Virus record (IMG/VR): IMGVR_UViG_3300023214_000332
Coordinates: 1-61,008 of that record
DNA length: 61,008 nucleotides
From: a virus
Taxonomy: Duplodnaviria; Caudoviricetes
Strand: one strand, 5' to 3'
A program made the position numbers and the translations under genes. The notes below the pieces were generated by a model. It saw only the letters and a list, made by a program, of their open reading frames with translations. It did not search any database and was not told the DNA's origin. This document shows positions 57,944 to 61,008 of this stretch, piece by piece; the first letter of the stretch is position 1; every line of letters begins with the position of its first letter.

Positions 57944-58504
57944 TTACTCGCACTGGTACCGGTTTGTGTAGGTGAGCCTACACTTACAGTATCGGCATAG
58001 GTAGATGTACCCATCCATTATGCGGTTGTGCCTGATTTTTGTTACTTTATGCGTCCTGCACTGGCACGCATACAGAAACCTCTTATACTTTTTCCGGTGG
58101 TTTTGCGTGTTGTAGTTGTGCGTACGCCTCGGCGTCACGCCCATCGCCAACATGGCTTCCTGCCAATGCGGTCCATGTGGCTGCGTGTGTGTATCAAGGC
58201 AAACCCACCAGTAATATCCCACAGCGCAATGCGCTACCTCATGGGGGATGGTGCTGGTTAAAAACCCCGCTGTGTTTTCCTGCATCAGCCCCAGGTTGAG
58301 GCGGATGTAAAGATGCAGTGGGTCGTGGTTAGTGCAGGCGGTCCCTGCTGTGCGGCCCCATAAATTGAAAAATACATCGACATCCGGCATTGGCTCAAAC
58401 TCTTTTGTATGCTCTCGCGCAGCATAAAAGCTACGCAACAACTCGACTGATTCTTCTGCCTTTTGTGTCGCTGCCTTCTGCAAATCCTCGGTGGTCATCA
58501 TCAC
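57944..58504 (-). CDS. sprT: SprT-like zinc metalloprotease
   Basis: AG.A, IRLN, TIPHEVAH, PHG..W...M, Y.C.C...H, Y.C..C. Confidence 0.9.
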   Translation of the reverse strand: MMMTTEDLQKAATQKAEESVELLRSFYAAREHTKEFEPMPDVDVFFNLWGRTAGTACTNHDPLHLYIRLNLGLMQENTAGFLTSTIPHEVAHCAVGYYWWVCLDTHTQPHGPHWQEAMLAMGVTPRRTHNYNTQNHRKKYKRFLYACQCRTHKVTKIRHNRIMDGYIYLCRYCKCRLTYTNRYQCE

Positions 58505-58539
58505 ACACCTCCTTCAGTCGGGCTTTGTTTTACGTGTAT

Positions 58540-58568
58540 ATTATACCAAAACTATAAGACTCGCGTAA
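58540..58568 (-). promoter_or_regulatory. Sigma70 promoter (extended -10)
   Basis: TTACGC-17-TATAAT with TGg. Confidence 0.55.
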
Positions 58569-58594
58569 TAGCCTATTGCGCATATAGCAGGAAT

Positions 58595-58621
58595 AAAAAA
58601 GGCCCGGCGTGGAGCCGGGCC
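58595..58621 (-). terminator. Intrinsic terminator
   Basis: ggcccggc-tccac-gccgggcc-tttttt on the - strand. Confidence 0.85.
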
Positions 58622-58680
58622 AACCACTCAATGGTTGAGTGGGGAGGTGTTCTGGTCAATTGCCCAGGCGTTAGCCTAAC

Positions 58681-58950
58681 CTACTTCTGTGTGTGGCTCT
58701 CCTTGTCGCCTCCGCTTTCTACCATGATGTAGTCCGTCTTTTTGCGGTTGAACCCGTCACTGCTGTGGACCATCCACTTTCCGGGTTTGTCCAGGACGAG
58801 CACATCCTCTGTGCTGTCATACGGCCGCGTGGCCCACGTGCCGGAGGCCATGTGCTTCGCACAGTGCTTCCCGCGCGAGCAGTGAGAGAAGCGGCCAGTG
58901 AAATATGTGAGCCCATCATTGCGGGTTTCGATTGTTCCTGCTGTGGACAT
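58681..58950 (-). CDS. Hypothetical protein
   Basis: AAGGAGG RBS. Confidence 0.6.
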   Translation of the reverse strand: MSTAGTIETRNDGLTYFTGRFSHCSRGKHCAKHMASGTWATRPYDSTEDVLVLDKPGKWMVHSSDGFNRKKTDYIMVESGGDKESHTQK

Positions 58951-58994
58951 GTTTCCTCCTTTGCCCCCAAGGGGTGTTGGTCGTGGTCAGTCGA

Positions 58995-59285
58995 TCAGCA
59001 TTGCGTCAGCTCGTCGAGCTCGACTACGATGCGGATCCCTTTCTCGGCGTTGTAGCGGACGCCGTGGAGGGCCGGCGGGCAGACCTCGTCGTCCCATTCG
59101 TCGACGATCAGCTCTCCGGCCGTGGACAAGCCGACGCGGAGGTACCCGTCGGGCCCGTACGCGAGGCCCTCCTGGGCGGCGCCTAAGGAGTAGATGGCCC
59201 GCCCGGGGCCGTAGCTCTCGAAATGGTACGGTGCCGTGACGGCTACATCGTCACGGATCAGGACTTTCGCTTCTTCGTTTTTCAC
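58995..59285 (-). CDS. Hypothetical protein (GC-rich codons)
   Basis: AAGGAG RBS, GTG start. Confidence 0.6.
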   Translation of the reverse strand: MKNEEAKVLIRDDVAVTAPYHFESYGPGRAIYSLGAAQEGLAYGPDGYLRVGLSTAGELIVDEWDDEVCPPALHGVRYNAEKGIRIVVELDELTQC

Positions 59286-59338
59286 GCCTATCTCCTTTGC
59301 CCCGAGGGGTGGTTGAGTGGGCTACTACGCGCCGGCGC

Positions 59339-60415
59339 TCATGACAGGTACCCGCCGGCGAACCCGCGCTCCGGGTCGCCATACAGGTCCACGAGATGCG
59401 CGGACCCATAGTGGGCCAAGAATGCCCGGACCTGCTCAGGGCTGCCCGAGCAGGTGTATTTGCGCCGCCCGTCCGGGCATGGGAGCGGCCCGCTAATGTA
59501 GCCGATACCCGCGCGCGTGGCCGCCTCCGGCAGCTCGGGGTGGGGCGGCTCGCGGCGCATGTCCGCGACCTCCACCCCGGGCGCGAGCATGATCACTGGC
59601 GCTGCGCGCAGCGCTGCCGTCGTGGCCTTGACATCGGCCAACACGGCATCGACCGGTCGCTGTTGAAATGCGGCTCGCGACCCGGCGCGCCAGCGCATCA
59701 GCTCGTCCGGGTCGACACCGGGGCACTCGCCCCGGTAGGCGGCGCCGAGGCAGTGGTCGGCAGCGGCGGTGAGCACGATATCATGCGGGATCTGGCGCCA
59801 GTAATCCTCCGTGCCACCGGCCTCGTCGCCATGTGTTTCCCACACCCACCATTCGCCATCCGCGCCGCGCGCGAATAGGTCGTCGATATCAAGTCCTGGC
59901 GACCCGAACTTGCACAGCTCCTCATGGAGCTGCTCCCACCAATCGGAGTCGCGGCAACTGATCCGACGACCGTCGTAGGGCTCAATTTCAGCGAAGTTCT
60001 GGCATCCACCATCTGCCAGGCGCCATCCTATATGCGGCCATGTATCCGGTAGGACGCCCCGCCGCGCCAGCTCGGCGATCACCTGTCCGATCGATGACGC
60101 CAGCAGGAACTCCGCCGGCGGGCGTCCGTAGCCCGGGTCGCCTGGCCGGTGGTGGTCGATGTGCCGGTCCATATCCGTGCCGCGCGTGAATAGGTCATCG
60201 AGGTCGAGCCCTGGCGACCCTGCAATCGGCGGCCGGCAGCACTCGACTGTCCAGGCGCCATCGGGGGCAGTCGCCTCATAGGCGTTGCCCGGATGGACTC
60301 GCTTACCGTCCACCATCGCGTACCGCACGGTCTGTCCGGCCGCGCGGAGCAGGTCGCCCGTCACTTCCATCTCGGTGTCACTCGCCCCGAGGTACCATAG
60401 GTCTTCGTCGCTCAT
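59339..60415 (-). CDS. Hypothetical phage protein (GC-rich)
   Basis: LGA.D.EM, VHPGNAY, IDHH.PGDPG, ASSIGQ, AAADHCL.AAY.G.CPG, YGDP.RGFAG; GGAGG RBS. Confidence 0.7.
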   Translation of the reverse strand: MSDEDLWYLGASDTEMEVTGDLLRAAGQTVRYAMVDGKRVHPGNAYEATAPDGAWTVECCRPPIAGSPGLDLDDLFTRGTDMDRHIDHHRPGDPGYGRPPAEFLLASSIGQVIAELARRGVLPDTWPHIGWRLADGGCQNFAEIEPYDGRRISCRDSDWWEQLHEELCKFGSPGLDIDDLFARGADGEWWVWETHGDEAGGTEDYWRQIPHDIVLTAAADHCLGAAYRGECPGVDPDELMRWRAGSRAAFQQRPVDAVLADVKATTAALRAAPVIMLAPGVEVADMRREPPHPELPEAATRAGIGYISGPLPCPDGRRKYTCSGSPEQVRAFLAHYGSAHLVDLYGDPERGFAGGYLS

Positions 60416-60485
60416 GTCAAATGCCTCCTACTCTTTCATGTGATGAAATCAGTATGGGCAGCTGCTCGCCATAGCGTCGCGCAGG

Positions 60486-60986
60486 TCAGCGCCGCAGGTC
60501 AGCACCGCGCAGGTCAGCGCCGCTCAGGACGGCATCGCGCAGGTCGGTATATCTGAGGATGGCATATCTGAGGTCGGCATCGCTCAGGTCGGTATATCTG
60601 AGGTCGGCATCGCTCAGGTCGGTATATCTGAGGATGGCATCGCTCAGGTCGGCATATCTGAGGATGGCACCGCGCAGGTCGGCACGGCGCAGATCGGCAC
60701 CGCGCAGATCGGCACCGCGCAGATCGGCACTGCGCAGGGCGGCACCGCGCAGGGTGGCATCTCTCAGGACGGCATAGCGCAGGACGGCACCGCGCAGATC
60801 GGCACTGCGCAGGACGGCACCGCGCAGGTCGGCATCACTCAGGATGGCACTGCGCAGGTCGGCACCGCGCAGGTCATACCCCACCACCACCAGCCGCTCG
60901 CCGCCTTCGTCGCACCGTAGCCATTTTCCGTGGGCTTCGATCCTGGCGTGCAGGTCAGCGTCTGTGATTTGCTGCTCCGCATACAT
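60486..60986 (-). CDS. Pentapeptide repeat protein
   Basis: H.KWL....GGER then about 25 A(D/I/V)LRx pentapeptides; 15-bp DNA periodicity. Confidence 0.9.
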   Translation of the reverse strand: MYAEQQITDADLHARIEAHGKWLRCDEGGERLVVVGYDLRGADLRSAILSDADLRGAVLRSADLRGAVLRYAVLRDATLRGAALRSADLRGADLRGADLRRADLRGAILRYADLSDAILRYTDLSDADLRYTDLSDADLRYAILRYTDLRDAVLSGADLRGADLRR

Positions 60987-61008
60987 CGCGGCTACTAGAT
61001 GTTTATGG

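Noticed and set aside
450-61008. Stop-codon reassignment or self-splicing introns/inteins
   Set aside because: Genes are full length and densely packed under the standard code using all three stops; TerL, PolA, NrdJ and helicases have normal sizes

Overview
Almost the whole window (~450-61008) is a large fragment of a tailed dsDNA phage genome, probably a siphovirus of a Gram-negative host (long tape measure protein, no sheath gene, GH108 endolysin, lipoproteins). The + strand (450-23343) carries a repeat-rich fibre, neck, tail and lysis genes. A four-gene sugar cassette (NeuB-like synthase, NeuA-like cytidylyltransferase, pyruvyltransferase-fold protein, SAM methyltransferase) is inserted inside the neck module. 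The - strand (23345-46757) is a near-complete replication/recombination operon: class II RNR, Mre11/Rad50-like pair, resolvase, RecA, SSB, clamp loader, UDG-PolA fusion, beta clamp, primase, two helicases, a sigma-like protein, and a methyltransferase + Cys-rich + PLP-enzyme cluster. A structured non-coding switch region (46.2-47.3 kb) precedes an isolated terminase-portal block (+, 47711-51411) and a - strand array of small early/accessory genes. The first ~450 bp are GC-rich bacterial DNA (MtnP C-terminus + PfkB kinase) fused mid-gene to the phage, so the listed 789-aa ORF is chimeric. Best candidates for undescribed systems: a nonulosonic (sialic-acid-like) virion-glycosylation cassette and a MTase/PLP DNA-hypermodification module. 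All calls are from motif recognition by eye; no searches were run.
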